A stretch of 64,000 nt of DNA from NCBI RefSeq assembly GCF_009914755.1, contig NC_060947.1, one strand, 5' to 3'. Each line of letters starts with the position of its first letter. Within the stretch, counting starts at the first letter, position 1. Shown here in pieces: positions 20,425-34,515 of the stretch. Both the position numbers and the translations under genes were made by a program. Source of the stretch: the human T2T-CHM13v2.0 reference genome, Homo sapiens. Under the pieces are notes generated by a model. It had not been told where the DNA came from. It ran no database searches and saw nothing but the letters and a program-made list of their open reading frames with translations.

Positions 20425-21962
20425 TTTTTAATTTTAATTTTTAATTGTTTGATTAAATAGATGAAGAATAGATGATTTCTGGTTGTGTGGATAAGTTATT
20501 TAGTGGTGATTTCTGATATTTTAGTGTACTCATCACCTGAGCATTGTACACTGTACCCAATATGTAGTCTTTTAACCCTCAAACCCTCTCCCAGCCTTAC
20601 CCCCAAGTATCCAAAGTCTGTTACATAATTTTTATGCCTCTGCATCCTTATAGCTTAGTTCCTACTTGTGAGACCATACAGTATTGGCTGTTCTGTTCCT
20701 GACTTAATTCATTTTGAATAATGGCCTCCAGCTGCATCCAAGCTGCTGCTAAGACATTTTTTGTTCCTTTTTATGTCTGAGTAGTATTTCATGTTGTATA
20801 TATACCATATTTTTTTGTCCACTTATTGGTTGATGGGCACTTAGGTTGATTCCATATCTTTGCTATTGTGAATTGTGCTACTATAAACATGAGTGTGCAC
20901 GGGTCTTTTTCATATGACTTTTTTTTCCTTTGGGTACAAAACCAGTAGTCAGATTGCTGGATCAAATGGGAGTTCTACATTTAGTTCACTTGGGAATCTC
21001 TATACTGTTTTCCATAGAGACTGTACTAATTTACATTCTCACCAGCAGTGTAAAAGTGTTCCCTTTTCGTCAAATTCATGCCAACAACTATTGTTTTTTA
21101 AATTTTTAATTATGACAATTCTTGAGAGAATAAGGTGGTACCTCATTGTGGTTTTAATTTGCATTTTACTGATGATTAGTGATGTTTGGCATTTTTTCAT
21201 ATGTTTGTTGGCTGTTTGTCAATCTTCTTTTGAGAACTGTCCATTCATTCCTTTGCCCACTTTTTGATTTAATTTCTTTTTCTTGCTGATTTGTTTGAGT
21301 TCCTTGTAGATTCTGGATATTAGTACTTTGTTGGATATGTAGTTTGCAAATATTTTCTCCCACTCTGTGGGTTGTCTGTTTGTTGATCATTTCTTTGGCT
21401 GTGCAAAAGCTTTTTAGTTTAATTAGGTCCCATTTATTTATTTTTGTTATAGTTGCATTTGCTTTTGGGATTTTAGTCATGAATTCTTTGCCTAAGCCAA
21501 TGTCTAGATGAATTTTTCCAATGTTATCTTCTAGAACTTTTATGGTTTCAAGTGTTAGATTTAAGTATTTGATCCATCTTGAATTGATTTTTGTATAAGG
21601 TGAGAGATGGGAATCCAGTTTCATTCTTCTACATGTGGCTTGCCAGTTTTCCCGGCACCATTTATTGAATAGGGTGTCCTTTCCCCAATTTATGTTTTTG
21701 TATGCTTTTTAGAAGATCAGTCAGCTGTAAGTATTTGTCTTTATTTCTGGGTTCTCTATTCTGTTCCATTGGTCTATATTCCTATTTTTATACCAGTACC
21801 ATGCTGTTTAGGTAACTATAGATTTGTAGTATAATTTGAAGTCTAATAATGTGATGCTCCCAAATTTGTTAATTTTTCTTAGTATTGCTCTGGCTATGTG
21901 AGCTCTTATTTATTTGGTTCTGTATAAATTTTAGAATTGTTTTTTTCTAGTTCTGTGAAGAA
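20425..21962 (-). mobile_element. 5'-truncated L1PB (L1PB1/2-like) inserted in the L1MA
   Basis: 3'UTR ATAAGTTATTTAGTGGTGATTTCTGA...CTGTACCCAATATGTAGTC; ORF2 remnant 21166..21624; TSD TAAG(C)ATCTTT(G/T)TCTTTCT at ~20407-20424 and ~21963-21981. Confidence 0.88.
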
Positions 21963-23514
21963 TAAGCATCTTTTTCTTTCTGATTGAAGTACTCCCTTTA
22001 GCATTTCTTGTAGGACAGGTTTGGTGTTCAGAAAATCTCTTAGCTTTTGTTTGTCTGGGAGTGTCTTTATATCTCTTTCAAGTTTGCAGGATATTTTTGC
22101 TGGATCTACTATTCTAGGATTTTTTTTTCCTTCAGTGCTTTAAATATGTCATGCCACTCCCCTGGCCTGTATAGTTTCCACAGAGAAATTTGCTGTGAGG
22201 TGTATTGGTGCTTCATTGTAAGTTATTTGCTTCTCTTCTCTTTCTACTTTTAGGAATATTCTTTATAAATGACCCTCGTGAGTTTGATTATTAAATGTCT
22301 TGAGGTATTTGTATTTCAGTTAAATCTCATTGATGTTCTATAACCTTCTTGTTCTTGAATATTAATAGCAGAATTGAGGTTTGAAAAGTTCTCTTTTATT
22401 ATCCCTTTGAATACACTTTCTATCTTGATCTGTCTACCTCTTCTTTAAGGCCAATAACTCTTAGACTTGCCCTTTTACGGCTATATTATAGATCTTGTAG
22501 GCATGCTTCATTGTTTTATTATGTTTTATCTCATCTGAGTGTGTATTTTGAAATAGTCTGTATTCAAGCTAATTCTTTTTTCTTCTTGATCAGCTTAGTT
22601 ATTGAGAGACTGTCACACATTCTTCAATTTTTCAATTGAATTTTTTATCTACAGAATTTCTAAATGATTTTTCTAAATTATTTCAATCTCTTTGTTAAAT
22701 TTATTTGATAGGATTCTGCTTTCATTCTCTGTGTTATCTTGCATTTCATTGAGCTTCCTCAATAACAGCTATTTTGAATTCTCTGTCTGAAAGATCACCC
22801 ATCTCTGTCACTCTGGAGTTGTTCACTGGTGACTTATTTAGTTCATTTAGTGAGGTCATGTTTTCCTGCATAATCTTGATTATTGCTGATGTCTTGGCAT
22901 TGAAGAGTTAGATATTTATTTTAATCTTTGCAATCATGGCTTGTTTGTAATCATCATTCTTGAGAAGGCTTTCCAGGTATTCAAAGGGAATTGAGTGTTG
23001 TAATCTTTGGTCACTGCAGTCTTATGTGCATTAGAGGTCATCCTAAGCCCAGTGATACTGTGACTCTTGCAGATGCATGGAGAAACCACCTTGATGGTCT
23101 TGTGGTAGATCTGGGAGAATTTCCTGGATTATTAGAGAGATTCTTTTGTTCTCTTCCTCTATTTTCCCCAAACAAATGGATTCTTCTTTCTGTGCTGAGC
23201 TGCCTGAATTTGGGGGAAAGGTGATGCAGGCACTCTTGTGGCCTCCACTACTGAGATTGTGCTTGAAGCCAGCACTGTACTGGGGCTCACCGAGGCCTCT
23301 GTCAATAATTTCCTGGCTATTGCTAATGTTTGTTCAAGACTCAAGCGTTGCTCTTCGGCCTGCAGATGATGAATCCTGCCAGGACTGAGTCTTTCACTTC
23401 AGATGAGTACGTTCCCTTTTTCCCCAGAGTAGGTCTATGAATGCCATCCAGGAAATAAGGCCTGACATCGAGGGCTTTAGGAATCTGCTTCATGCTTTAT
23501 TTCACTCGGGCTGA

Positions 23515-23841
<327 letters not shown>

Positions 23842-25288
23842 CAAAGTCCTCTTTAATTAATCTTCTCTTTTCCTTAAGCAGAAGAAGTCTCTCCCCTGGC
23901 CACCACCGTCCTAGGCCCATGGCAAGTACTGCCAGGTACTGTTTCTTATTTAAGGCTCAAGAACCCTTTAGTCAGCAGGTTGTTAAGTCCTGCCTGACCT
24001 GGACCTCTCCCTTTAGGAGAGTGGGTTCCATTCTGGTCCAGAGTAGATCTAGAAATGCACGCCAGGAACTAAGGCCAAGAATTGGAAATGTTAAGAGACT
24101 GCTTGATACTTTATCTTACTGTGGCTTAGCTGGTGTCCATGTTGTAAAATTAGATTCTTTTTACTCTTCTCTCTCCTTTCCTCAAGCAGAAAGAGTCTCT
24201 CCCCATGGCCACCATAGCTGGGAATGGCCTGGGTCACTTCTGAAGCCAGCATGGCCCTGGGTCTCACCCAGGATCCATGACGAGTACTGCCTGGCTACCA
24301 CTGATTTTCAGTCAAGTCCCAAGGGCTCTTAAGTCAGCTTTTGGTGAATGCTGCCAGGCCTGGGACTCTGCCTTCAGGGCAGTGGAATCCCTTCTGGCCC
24401 AGATAAGGTCCAAAAATTCCACCCAATAACCAAGGCTTGAAATTGGGGACCCCAAGAAACCACTTGGTACTCTACCTGACTGAGGCTGAGCTGGTACACA
24501 AGCTGCAAGACAAAGTCCTCTTTACTCTTCCTTCTCCTGTCCTCAAGAAGAGGGAAGAAATCTCTCCTGGAGCTGTGAGCTGCACTGCCTGGGACTGGGG
24601 GAAGGGTGACATAAGCACTCCTTTGGCCGACTGTGTTGGTATCTCACTAGACTGTGTGCCCCTCAAGTCCACTGGCTCTCAGCCCAGTACAGCAGGAGGA
24701 GTTGCCCAGGATTGCAGTCCTTGAGTCCTAGACTATCTTTTAAGTTTATTTTGAACCCCATAGCACTTTAGCCCACTGTGGTGGGGCTAAGCAGAACTCA
24801 GGTTCTGACCTCTGGGATGGTAAGTCCTCTTTGGCTATGACTGGTATAAGTGTTCCCTCCATTGGGTGCTGGACTGTATTCTACCCTGGGATGTTTTCCA
24901 TTGTGACAGGGCAGCACTGAGTTCCAATGAAATGTTCCGTCATCACTTTACCCTCCCTCCCCCAAGCACACAGATTCTTTCTCTGTGCCACATGGCCACT
25001 GCCAGGGTGGGGAGAATGTGGGAGGGTTGACGTTGGCAATTCAAGACTGTCTTTCCTACTGTCTTCAGTTAGTCTTAATAGGATGTTAAAACCAGGTACT
25101 GTGAACACTTGCCTGACTTTTGGTTCTTATGAAGGTGCTTTCTTATGTGGATAGTTGTTCAATTCAGTGTTCCCGTGGGGGACAATGATTGGTGGAGGTT
25201 TCTATTCTCCTCCTGTCTTAATTCAAATAGTTTTTGCTGATATAGATCATTTCAAATTTTATCACTACAAAAAATGCTTCTACTAATA

Positions 25289-25639
25289 TATTCATGCATA
25301 ACTTAAAGACAGAATACATTCTAAGAAATGTGTCTTTGGGAAATTTTCATTGTTGTGTGAACATCATAGATTTTACTTACACAAACCTAGAGTTTATGGC
25401 CTACTACACACCTAGACTGTATGGTATAGCCTATTGCTACAGGCTACAAATCTGTACAGCATGTAACTGTACTGAATACTGTAGGTAACTGTTTGTTATA
25501 TAGTGGTGAGTATTTTTGTATATAAACATGTCTAAAGATAGAAAAGGTACAGTAAAAATATGGCATTATAATCTCATGTGACCACAGTGCTATACATGGT
25601 CTCTTGTTTACCTAAATATCATTCTGTGGTTCATGACAG
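25289..25639 (+). mobile_element. Tigger3a (MER7A) DNA transposon
   Basis: Degenerate TIRs TATTCATGC / TCATGACAG flanked by TA; core CTACTACACACCTAG, GGTATAGCCTATTGCT, GTACTGAATACTGTAGG. Confidence 0.85.
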
Positions 25640-25742
25640 TACATTTAAGATTTTTTCATATTTTGGATTAGTTTTCTTATGATAGATTCCCAGAAGCATC
25701 ATTATTGGATATAAATTACTATATATATATATATATCTCCAA

Positions 25743-25745
<3 letters not shown>

Positions 25746-25792
<47 letters not shown>
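25746..25792. repeat. (TA)n microsatellite, ~23 units
   Basis: Directly visible; a shorter TA run lies at ~25720-25736. Confidence 0.97.
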
Positions 25793-25794
<2 letters not shown>

Positions 25795-25991
25795 TGAATT
25801 ACTAGAATGTCATCCCACAAGCAGTCATTGAGAAATTCTCTATGATCTCACACCACCAGCATGGAATTTCATCTTTTTAAAACTCGATAAAAGATGCAGC
25901 AGATTTGACTTGACATTTTCTGTGATACCCAACTAGTCTAATTCTAGGAATTAATGAACAAATAGAATAATCTGAAATCATTAGAATATGA

Positions 25992-26420
25992 TATAGGTTA
26001 GCATTCTCTTGGTTGCAGTTAACCAACTTAAATTACCTTAAGCAAGATGAAAGTGATTTATTGTAAATAAACAGGATTTATCAAGGAACCCAAGTACAGA
26101 AGGAAACCAGAAAGTAACTAGAAGCAAGAATGCTATCAGTGTTTTCTTTCTAATTTGTTTGTACTCTGTTCTGTGTGTTTTCTTCATTTTTCTTTTTCTT
26201 TGCAGAGTGACTTTCTTTGCTTCTGTAGTTCATATGACTGTGTTTGTTTAGTATACAACAACCAGGAGATAAATTGATATCATTTCTTTCATTTGCAATT
26301 AAAATTTCTGGAAAAGAGTCTCGGATTAATCCAGCTTGCATCAGATACCCATTCATCATTTGTTCAACTGTGTTTGTTGTGGGATCACACAATAAAGTCT
26401 GCCAAAAGTCTTGCCACTCT
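25992..26420 (-). mobile_element. Old MaLR LTR (MLT1K/L/N-like), degenerate
   Basis: GGTTAGCATTCTCTTGGTTGCAG...AAATTACCTTAAGCAAGA...GATTTATTG resembles an old MLT1 terminus. Confidence 0.45.
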
Positions 26421-26904
26421 AAAATAATGTTTCCAGAAAATTAGTAAATGGCCAGATACTCCAATAGATTTCCAATGCAAAAAATTCAATGATTGAGACA
26501 CTAGTAGCATTAGATGTGCCAGTTATCCTCAAAAACTGTCCAAAGTCTCAAAATCTAACGTTTCTTCTTCAGCTATGATTAAAGAAAATTTTGTCTTGAG
26601 TATAAAATTTTCCATAACTAGAGAGTCTTTCTTTTCCCAACTCTCTTGAGTGTGAGGTGGTTATAACTTCTGGAAACTATGTATTCAAATGTCATACTAT
26701 ATCTGTCCTTTAAGTTCAAATTTGAATTTCTCAGTGAAATCACATGATGGTATCGTTTTCAAGTCATTCATAGAAGCTATTGTAGAAATAAAATAAAGCA
26801 TGGATATACCTTTGTAGCAGATATTAAAATAATATGCTTATTTTTTCTGTATGATATAACTTTCCTCTTTACTCTCTCTCCCCTAGTTTCACATCCAAAA
26901 TCAT

Positions 26905-27035
26905 ACTTTCCAGAAAAGGAAACTAAGATCCAAAGATGTTATTGACCTGCTCAAGACCCCACATATATGTAGAAGCAATGTCAGGACTAGAAGTTGGTTG
27001 CTTGATTTTATGTCACTGCTTTCTCTGACATATAA
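26905..27035 (-). mobile_element. MIR fragment
   Basis: AGGAAACTAAG...TGACCTGCTCAAGACCCCACA...AGGACTAGAA, the MIR core in reverse. Confidence 0.6.
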
Positions 27036-27422
27036 TAAAATTTATGTTTTATCCTTTAGTGGCGGAAAGTCTTATTGATATATCACAAATATTTTATTTA
27101 ATATTTTCCAATAATTGATAGAGGCACATACACAAAATTTAAAATTTACAAAAAGAATCTAGTTGAAAGGAAATGTCAGGTCAAAACACACGTATGCTCA
27201 ATGATGAGATCCCTGGATATCTCCCTTCATTACACTTCTAGAACACTGGAAGCCAGGACTTTACCCTTCAGTACAGACAGGGAGAGCCTTCTCTGAGGAA
27301 TATAATCAGTTCAAGAGGAAATAACTAAATAACTGACATTGAGAAATTAGCAGTTATCTGAAAAAAGCCTCTATAAAAATTAGTCATTAAAAAAAAAAAC
27401 AGGAAAACTTAAGGATAAAGAG

Positions 27423-27780
27423 TGTCATAGTTAGCATTCTCCAGAAACAGAGGTTGAAATGAGATTTTTGTAAAAGTGATTAGTGTAGTGGTGCCTGCAA
27501 AGGAAGAACATTGAGGCTTTAGACTGGTGGAAAAAGCATACCAAGCCTTTGGACTTAAAGCCCTGAGACTATAAAGCTTAGTCCCAGGAGTAGCAATGAA
27601 GCTTAAATGTACCATAGATTTGGTCTCACCTTGGAAAAAGGTCAACGGCTTTTTGTTATTTTTCATGTCAGTCAATCAGTAAAAACTGGTTGGCTGCTTG
27701 AAAAAGGGTACAACTTTCTGGGAAAGATTTCCATGAAGGCAATGTCGATAGGGCACCTACAGCATATGCTGCATAGAGAT
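27423..27780. mobile_element. Possible old ERVL LTR (LTR16/LTR33-like)
   Basis: TGTCATAGTTAGCATTCTCCAGAAACAGAGGTTGAAATGAGATTTTTGTAAAAGTGATT resembles this family's terminus; the rest is degenerate. Confidence 0.3.
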
Positions 27781-27839
27781 TTTAAAAAAAGAAAACACAC
27801 CTCAAAAATTGTCATTACACTCTAACAAAAACAAGTTTG

Positions 27840-28295
27840 CATTAGTAAGATTCCCTATATGACATTGCAAAGAAACTGTAATAGCATGTTTCCTTTTCTT
27901 TTTCCTTATCTCAAGTAAACCATTTTCAATGTTTCACCATTGAGTTTAATGGTTGCTGAAAAGACTTTTTTTCTGGAAATTCTTTATTATATAAAGAAGT
28001 TTCTCTTTATTCCTCATTTTCTAAAAGTTTGTTTTTAATGAATTTGTGTTATATTTATGCCCATTTTTTAACATATAATCTTATGGTTATTTTATTTTCT
28101 TCTTATTTTGTCAAGGTGAACTGCATTGTTTTGGAGATGTGATGTAATACCCTTTTCATATATCACTGAACCCAATTTTCTATTATTTCACTAAGGATTT
28201 TCCATCAAGTTTGTGAAAGTGTGGTCTGCAATTTGCAGAAACATAATGTCCTTGTTCGATTTTGCAATCAGTTATTTTGATGCATAAAGAGTTAC
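27840..28295 (-). mobile_element. Old L1ME-like ORF2 (RT) fragment
   Basis: Reverse complement follows ORF2 from about AACTCATTCTATG to GGAAGTCCTAGCC (e.g. CTCAATGGTGAAACATTGAAA). Confidence 0.6.
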
Positions 28296-28379
28296 TAGCT
28301 TCAGAAAGAAAGAAAAAAAGGAAAAAACACGACCAGAGTAAACTACGTTTTCTTATGTTCAATAAAAAGAAGTTAATAG

Positions 28380-29830
28380 ATACCAAAAACAAATAAATCC
28401 AATTATAGAAAATATATAATAGTCATATCCATTAAATAAATTAAATTTATTATTTGAAACTTTCCCTCATAGAAATCCCCAAGCTCAGATGGCTTCACTG
28501 TGCACTCTTCCAAAGAAGAAATAAACCCAATTGTACATAAACTCTTCCAAAGAATGGAAAAACAGTAACTACTCTATAGCTTATAAAGAGAATCCTAACT
28601 AATGTATAAGGTAAGAAAAGGAAATAAAAGCATAAATATTTTAAAATTATATATATATATATTTTCATTTGTAGATGATATGGTTGTAGATGTAGAAAAT
28701 CCAAAATAATTTTTAAACTTTTAGTATTTATCAGCTAATTTAACAAGATTTCTCAATAAGCATTTAGAATAAAAATCAACAAATAACTAAAAAACAAAAT
28801 TTTAGAAATTATACCATTTGAAATAGCATTAAAAATAAAATACCTAAGAATATGTTGAACAAAATACGTGGATTACAGCTATGCTAAAAGCTATAAATCA
28901 ATATTGAGCAAAATTTTAAAAAGGATGATACAATAAAGGGATATATTTTGTTGATAGAGTAAAAGACTCAGTATTGAACAAATGTTAATTGTTCCCAAAT
29001 GAATCTAAATATTGAACATAATTCTAATGAAAATCCTGGAAAATGACCAGTAATAGCCAAGGTGAACATAAGGAAGCTCAAAGCTAGAAAACATACAGTA
29101 CTGGATTTTAAAAACTATTATAAGATTATAATAATTAGAACAGTGTGTTAGTGGTGCAAAGATAAACAAACTGAATAATAGAACAAAACAGAGTTCAGAA
29201 ACAGACCTATGGATTTACAGCAACCTGAATTTCTATAAAGACAACATTAAAGAACAGGGTAGATGAATGACTTGTCTTTTTAAAAAATTGCATTGGGTCA
29301 ATAGAATATCCATCTGGAAAAATTGAATTTTAATGATACCATATATAAAAATCAATTTCAGAATGATTGCATATTTTAATGTTAAAAGCAAAAAATGAAA
29401 CTTCTATAGAAAACTTGTAGAATGTATTTATGAACTTCTGGAAGACAAATATTTCTTAAACAAGGCAGAAAAAATAACCATAAAAGAATATAATATATAT
29501 TTAATTACATGAAGAATGTAAATCAATATAAAGATACCAATAAGAAAATTAAATAACAACTCACAGAGTGAAAAAAGATATGCATACCTCTGAGCAAAAA
29601 AAAAAAAAGTACTCAGAATACATAAAGAACTCCCATAAATACAAAAAGGATACAACTAATTAGGAAAACAGACAAAAGACTTAAACACTTTTCAAAGGAG
29701 GATAACCAAATGGCCCCAAAACACACAAAAAAACCCCATTTCACTATCTAGAAGGAGTAAATAAATTAAATGCACAATGCAATATCACCATATGCCCACC
29801 AGAATGGCAGTTGTAAACAATAAAGCACCA
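28380..29830 (+). mobile_element. Old L1ME-like ORF2 fragment with internal gaps
   Basis: CTCAGATGGCTTCACTG; TTTGTAGATGATATGGTTGTAGATGTAGAAAATCC (FADD region); CAGTGTGTTAGTGGTGCAAAGATAAACAAAC. Confidence 0.7.
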
Positions 29831-29859
29831 AGTGGTGGCCTTACACTGAATTATACCAG

Positions 29860-30222
29860 TCTGCCTCTCTAATATTATGTACCATTTCTTCACTCATTAC
29901 TTATACTCCAGCCTTATTGGACTTATTTTTGTTCTTCAGATTCACTCTTCTTGGAATTTACATTTGGATCTTCACATAGCTGTGTCCTACTCATCATTCA
30001 TATTTTACTGTATGTGTTGCCTTTTCAAAAGGAATGATTGCCTCACAGTTTTCTATATTTGATGCTTCCTTCTCTCAGCTTATCTCTTTATTTATGTCTC
30101 TCTTGCCCCACTAGAATGTGAACTCCATGTGATGAGAACCTCATCTCTCATATATACTGCTGTGTTCCATTAACCTGATTGGTGGCCCAGAAATAATTTT
30201 TTGAGTGAAATAACAATGAATA
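29860..30222 (+). mobile_element. L2 3' end fragment
   Basis: CCCCACTAGAATGTGAACTCCATG...TTGAGTGAA...AATGAAT, typical of an L2a tail. Confidence 0.6.
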
Positions 30223-30239
30223 AATAAAATGTATATCTC

Positions 30240-30533
30240 TGCTGTGGTTTGAATGTTTGTCCCCTTCAAAACTCATGTGTTTGAAACTTCGGTCTCAAAG
30301 CAGCAGTGTTTGGAGGTACCACCCAATGGGAAGTGTTCAGTTAATGAGGGCTCTACCTTCATGGATGAATTAATGTTACAATAAAAAGGGCTTTTGAAAG
30401 TAGATCCACCCCCTTTTGCTCTTCTGTCATGTGAGGAACAATGCTCCTCCCTCTGGAGGATGCAGCTTCCAGGTGCCATATTGGAAGCAGGGACTGAGCC
30501 CTTAAAGACACCAAATTTAGTGGCACATTGATC
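30240..30533 (+). mobile_element. MSTC/MSTD-like MaLR LTR, 3'-truncated
   Basis: TGCTGTGGTTTGAATGTTTGTCCCC start; CTCTGGAGGATGCAGC...GCCATATTGGAAGCAG. Confidence 0.75.
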
Positions 30534-30534
30534 A

Positions 30535-31478
30535 ATTGTCTGTTTAATATTTCCACCTGGATATCTCAAAAGCACATAAAACAACATATTCAAACCAAAT
30601 CCAAATAAAATGCTATTAAATTTCTCCTATTTAAGTCAACAGGACCATTATATCCCCAGTTTTTCAAGTCTTGGAGTCATTTTTGACATTAACCTACCTC
30701 TCCTTAAACACTACACCCATCTAATTGATTGCCAAGTCCTATAAATTTTATATTCTAAACATTTTTGATTTATCCAATTTTCTCCATCTTTATCACCACA
30801 ACCATTTTAATGCAAACTACCCTCATTTCTAGCATCAACTATTACAATAGTCTACTAACTCTCCCCTGCCCTAAACCGGTATCTGGTCTTGTTTCTCTCC
30901 AATCCATTCTCCACCCTATATTCCAAGAGTTTCTTGAACTACCAATTCAGTTGTAGCGTTCCTTACTGCACCCCTCCAAGAATAAACTTAAAATACTTTA
31001 ATGGTTTATTATTGTACTCAGGATGGTCTTGTCTTTACCATATCCCTAGCTTTTTTTTTCATGAACTCCCTTCTTCAGCCACATTGAGATTCCTTTAGTT
31101 CTTTTAATATTTCTTGTTCTTTTATGCCTAAAAGTACTTTGGCTAGTTGCTTTTTCCTGGTATTTATGCTCACTCTCTGCCTTGGGGTAGAATTCACATT
31201 TGGATCTTCACATGGCTCCCCTTCTTTCAGATATTCAGTAAAGCATCACCTTATCTTATATGTCAGATCTCTATATGATAGCCTTGTCTTCATAGACATT
31301 TATCATAATTTTAATCATATATTTGACTGTTTACAAATGTAATTTATATCTCCCATACTAGACATTGAACTTACTGAGAGCAAGGTCTATCTCTTTTTTG
31401 ATCCCCTACCTAAGAATTGTATCCCCAATGCCTAGTAAAGCACCTGACACATAGCAAGAGTTTAGGAATTATGTTTAA
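30535..31478 (+). mobile_element. L2 (L2a-like) 3' portion
   Basis: CCACCTGGATATCTC, CAATCCATTCTCCAC, and 3' tail GTATCCCCAATGCCTAG...CCTGACACATAG. Confidence 0.7.
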
Positions 31479-31539
31479 GCCAGAAAGTGTATTTGCCTTA
31501 TACAGAAGTTGAATCAAGTATTATTTAAGTGTTACATTA

Positions 31540-33812
31540 GTCAAATCAAAAACATAACCCCATTTACAATACACACACACACACATACACACACACACAA
31601 ATACCTAGAAATGCACCTAACCAAGGAAGTAAAATATTTCTACAAAGAGAACTACAAAATACTGCTGAAAGAAAGCAGAGATGATGCAAACAAATGGAAA
31701 AACATTTTATGCTCACAGATTGGAAGAATCAATTTTGTTAAAATGGCCAAACAGCCCAGAGAAATCTATAGATTCCATGCCATTTCTATCAAACTACCAA
31801 GGCTATTTTGCACAGAATTAGAAAAATGATTCTAGAATTCACATATAACCAATAAAGAGGCTCAAAAGCCAGAGCAATACTAAGCAAAAAAACAAAGCTG
31901 GAGGTATCACACTATTCAACATCAAACTATACTATAAGTTAACAGTAACCAAAACAGCATGATACTGGTATGTAAACAGACACATAGACCAATGGAATAG
32001 AACAGAAAATTAAAAAAAGAAAGAAAGAAAGAAAGAGAGAGAGAAAGCAAGCAAGCTGCACACCAACAACTATCTGCTTTTCAACAAAGTTGACAAAAAT
32101 TAGCAATGGGGAAAGAACTCCTTATTGAATAAATGGAATAACTTGTTATCCATATGCAGAAGAAGAAAACTGGACCCCTACCTATCACCACATACAAAAA
32201 TAAACTCAAGATGGATTAACGACCCAAATGTAAGACTTCAAGCTATAAAAATCCTATAAGAAATCCTAGGAAATACCATTCTGGACATTATACATGGCAA
32301 ATAATTTATGATTAGGTCCTCAAAAGCAATTGCAACAAAAATAAAAATTGACAAGTGGCACCTAATTAAACTAAAAGCTTCTGCAAAGCAAAAGAAACTA
32401 TTAACAGAGTAAAGAGACAGCTTACAGAATGGGAGAAAATATTCACAAATTATGCATTTGAGAAAGTCTAATATCCTGAATCTGTAAGTAACTTAAGCAA
32501 TTGGACAAGCAAAAAACAACCCCATTAAAAAGTGGACAAAGGATATGAACAGGCACTTCTCAAAAGAAGACATAAAAGCAGCCAACAAACCTATAGAAAA
32601 ATACTCATCATCACTAATCATCAGAGAAATGCAAATCAAAACCACAGTGAGATACTATCTCATACCAGTCAGAATGGCTGCTATTAAAAAGTAAAAAAAT
32701 AACAGATATTGATGAGGCTGCAGAAAAAAGGGAATATTCATACACTGTTGGGTGAGAATGTAAATTAGTTCAGCCATTGTGGAAAGTAGTTCTGATATTT
32801 CTCAATGAACTTAGAGCTACTCGACCCAGCCATCCCATTAGTGGGTATATAACAAAGGGAAAATAAATCTTTCTACCAAAAAGGCACATGTACTTAATTG
32901 CATGTTCATTGCAGCACTATTCACAATAGCAAAGACATGGAATCAATCTCGGTGCCCAACAAATGGTGAATTTGATAAAGAAAATATGGCACATATATAC
33001 TATGGAATACTTCATTTCCATAAAAAAGAATGGAATCATCTACCTTGCAGCAACATGGATACACCTGGAGGACATTATTGTAAGCAAATTAATGCAGGAG
33101 CAGATAATCAAATACTGCATATTCTCACTTCTAAGTGGGAGATAAACATTGACTACACATTGACATAAAGATGGAAACAAAAGACAGGAGGGATTACTAG
33201 AGGGGAGAGAGATAAGAGTGGACAAGGGCTGAAAAACTACCTATTTGGTACTGTATTAGGTCATTCTTGCTAACACATTGCTATAAAGAGGTACCTGAGA
33301 CTAGGCAATTTATAAAAAGAGGTTTAGTTGGCTCACAGTTCTGCAGGCTATACAGGAAACATGGCTTCTGGTGAGGCTTTAGGCAGCTTTTACTCATGGC
33401 AGAAGGCAAAGTGAGAGCTTGAAGGTCACATGGCAAAAACAGGAGTAAGAGAGAGAGTGAAAAGGAAGGTGCCACACACTTTTAAATTACATTATCTTGC
33501 AAGAACTCAGAGCATAAGCTCATTTATCACCAAAGGAATGGCCCAAGCCATTCATGAGTGAGTGATCCAACCCCATGATCCAACTACCTCCCCAGGCCCC
33601 ACTTCCAGCATTAGAGATTATAATTCAGCGTGAGATTTAGGCAGGGGCAAACATCCAAAATATATTAGGTACTATGCTCACTACCTAAGTAATGGGATTA
33701 TTCATACTCCAAACCTCAGCGTCAAGCAATATACCCATGTAACAATGTACTCTCTGAATCTCTCTGTACATGTACTCTCTGAATCTAAGACAAATGTTGA
33801 AACTGTTAAAAA
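31540..33812 (+). mobile_element. 5'-truncated L1PA16/L1PA17-like element, interrupted by an MST LTR
   Basis: ORF2 remnants (31509..31829, 32902..33168); 3'UTR GGGCTGAAAAACTACCTATT|GGTACTATGCTCACTACC...CCAAACCTCAGC; contains (CA)n at 31571-31599. Confidence 0.85.
33252..33667 (-). mobile_element. MSTA/MSTB-type MaLR solo LTR
   Basis: TGTATTAGG...TATATTA termini; perfect 5-bp TSD GGTAC at 33247-33251 and 33668-33672. Confidence 0.9.
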
Positions 33813-34515
33813 TTACAACAATAAACAATATTTCAAACAGAAATAATTATTTAAGTAAAATATTTTCTTCAAAATATAATGTGAGTAAGTCAAAATTTTG
33901 TATATTATTTTGTCTGGAGAATGTTTCACCTACATACATTTTATGTTTGCCTCCTTTCATACCTAGAACTCTATAAATACTGGCAGGAAGTGTCTACGAT
34001 AGAAATAATTATAGAGATTATGTAAGAACACGATATGGAGTAAGAAAAATAATAATTAAAATATTTAATATGTTTTCATTATAAAACTAAGCCCACAAAA
34101 CTTTCATATAGGATCAACAAGTCCAGTTGATAAAAGCAGGATGATAATTTACTCCTGGTAAACTCATTTACTTATCTTAGAACCATTATATCTTTCCAGT
34201 CTAATTTTAGGTATTTACATGCATTGTTTCTGAAAATAAAGTCATAAGAAATGAAATAGGAGAATGAACAGGTACATTTGTTCAATATGACACATTTGAC
34301 CATAGGAAGATGAAAATGACATGCCTGACCTTAAAATGCAACCATCCTTTTTATAGATAATTCTGTTTTGTTAGGAATGCCAATCAAGTATTTCATGAAT
34401 ATATTTCAGTAGCTGTGAAATTTGATTAAAATTTAATGTAGCCTCACTTCTTCTCTAAGTCTGAAATAATTTAGATGGTCAACTGTCTGTGAAATTATAG
34501 TTTTACTTGTTAATT

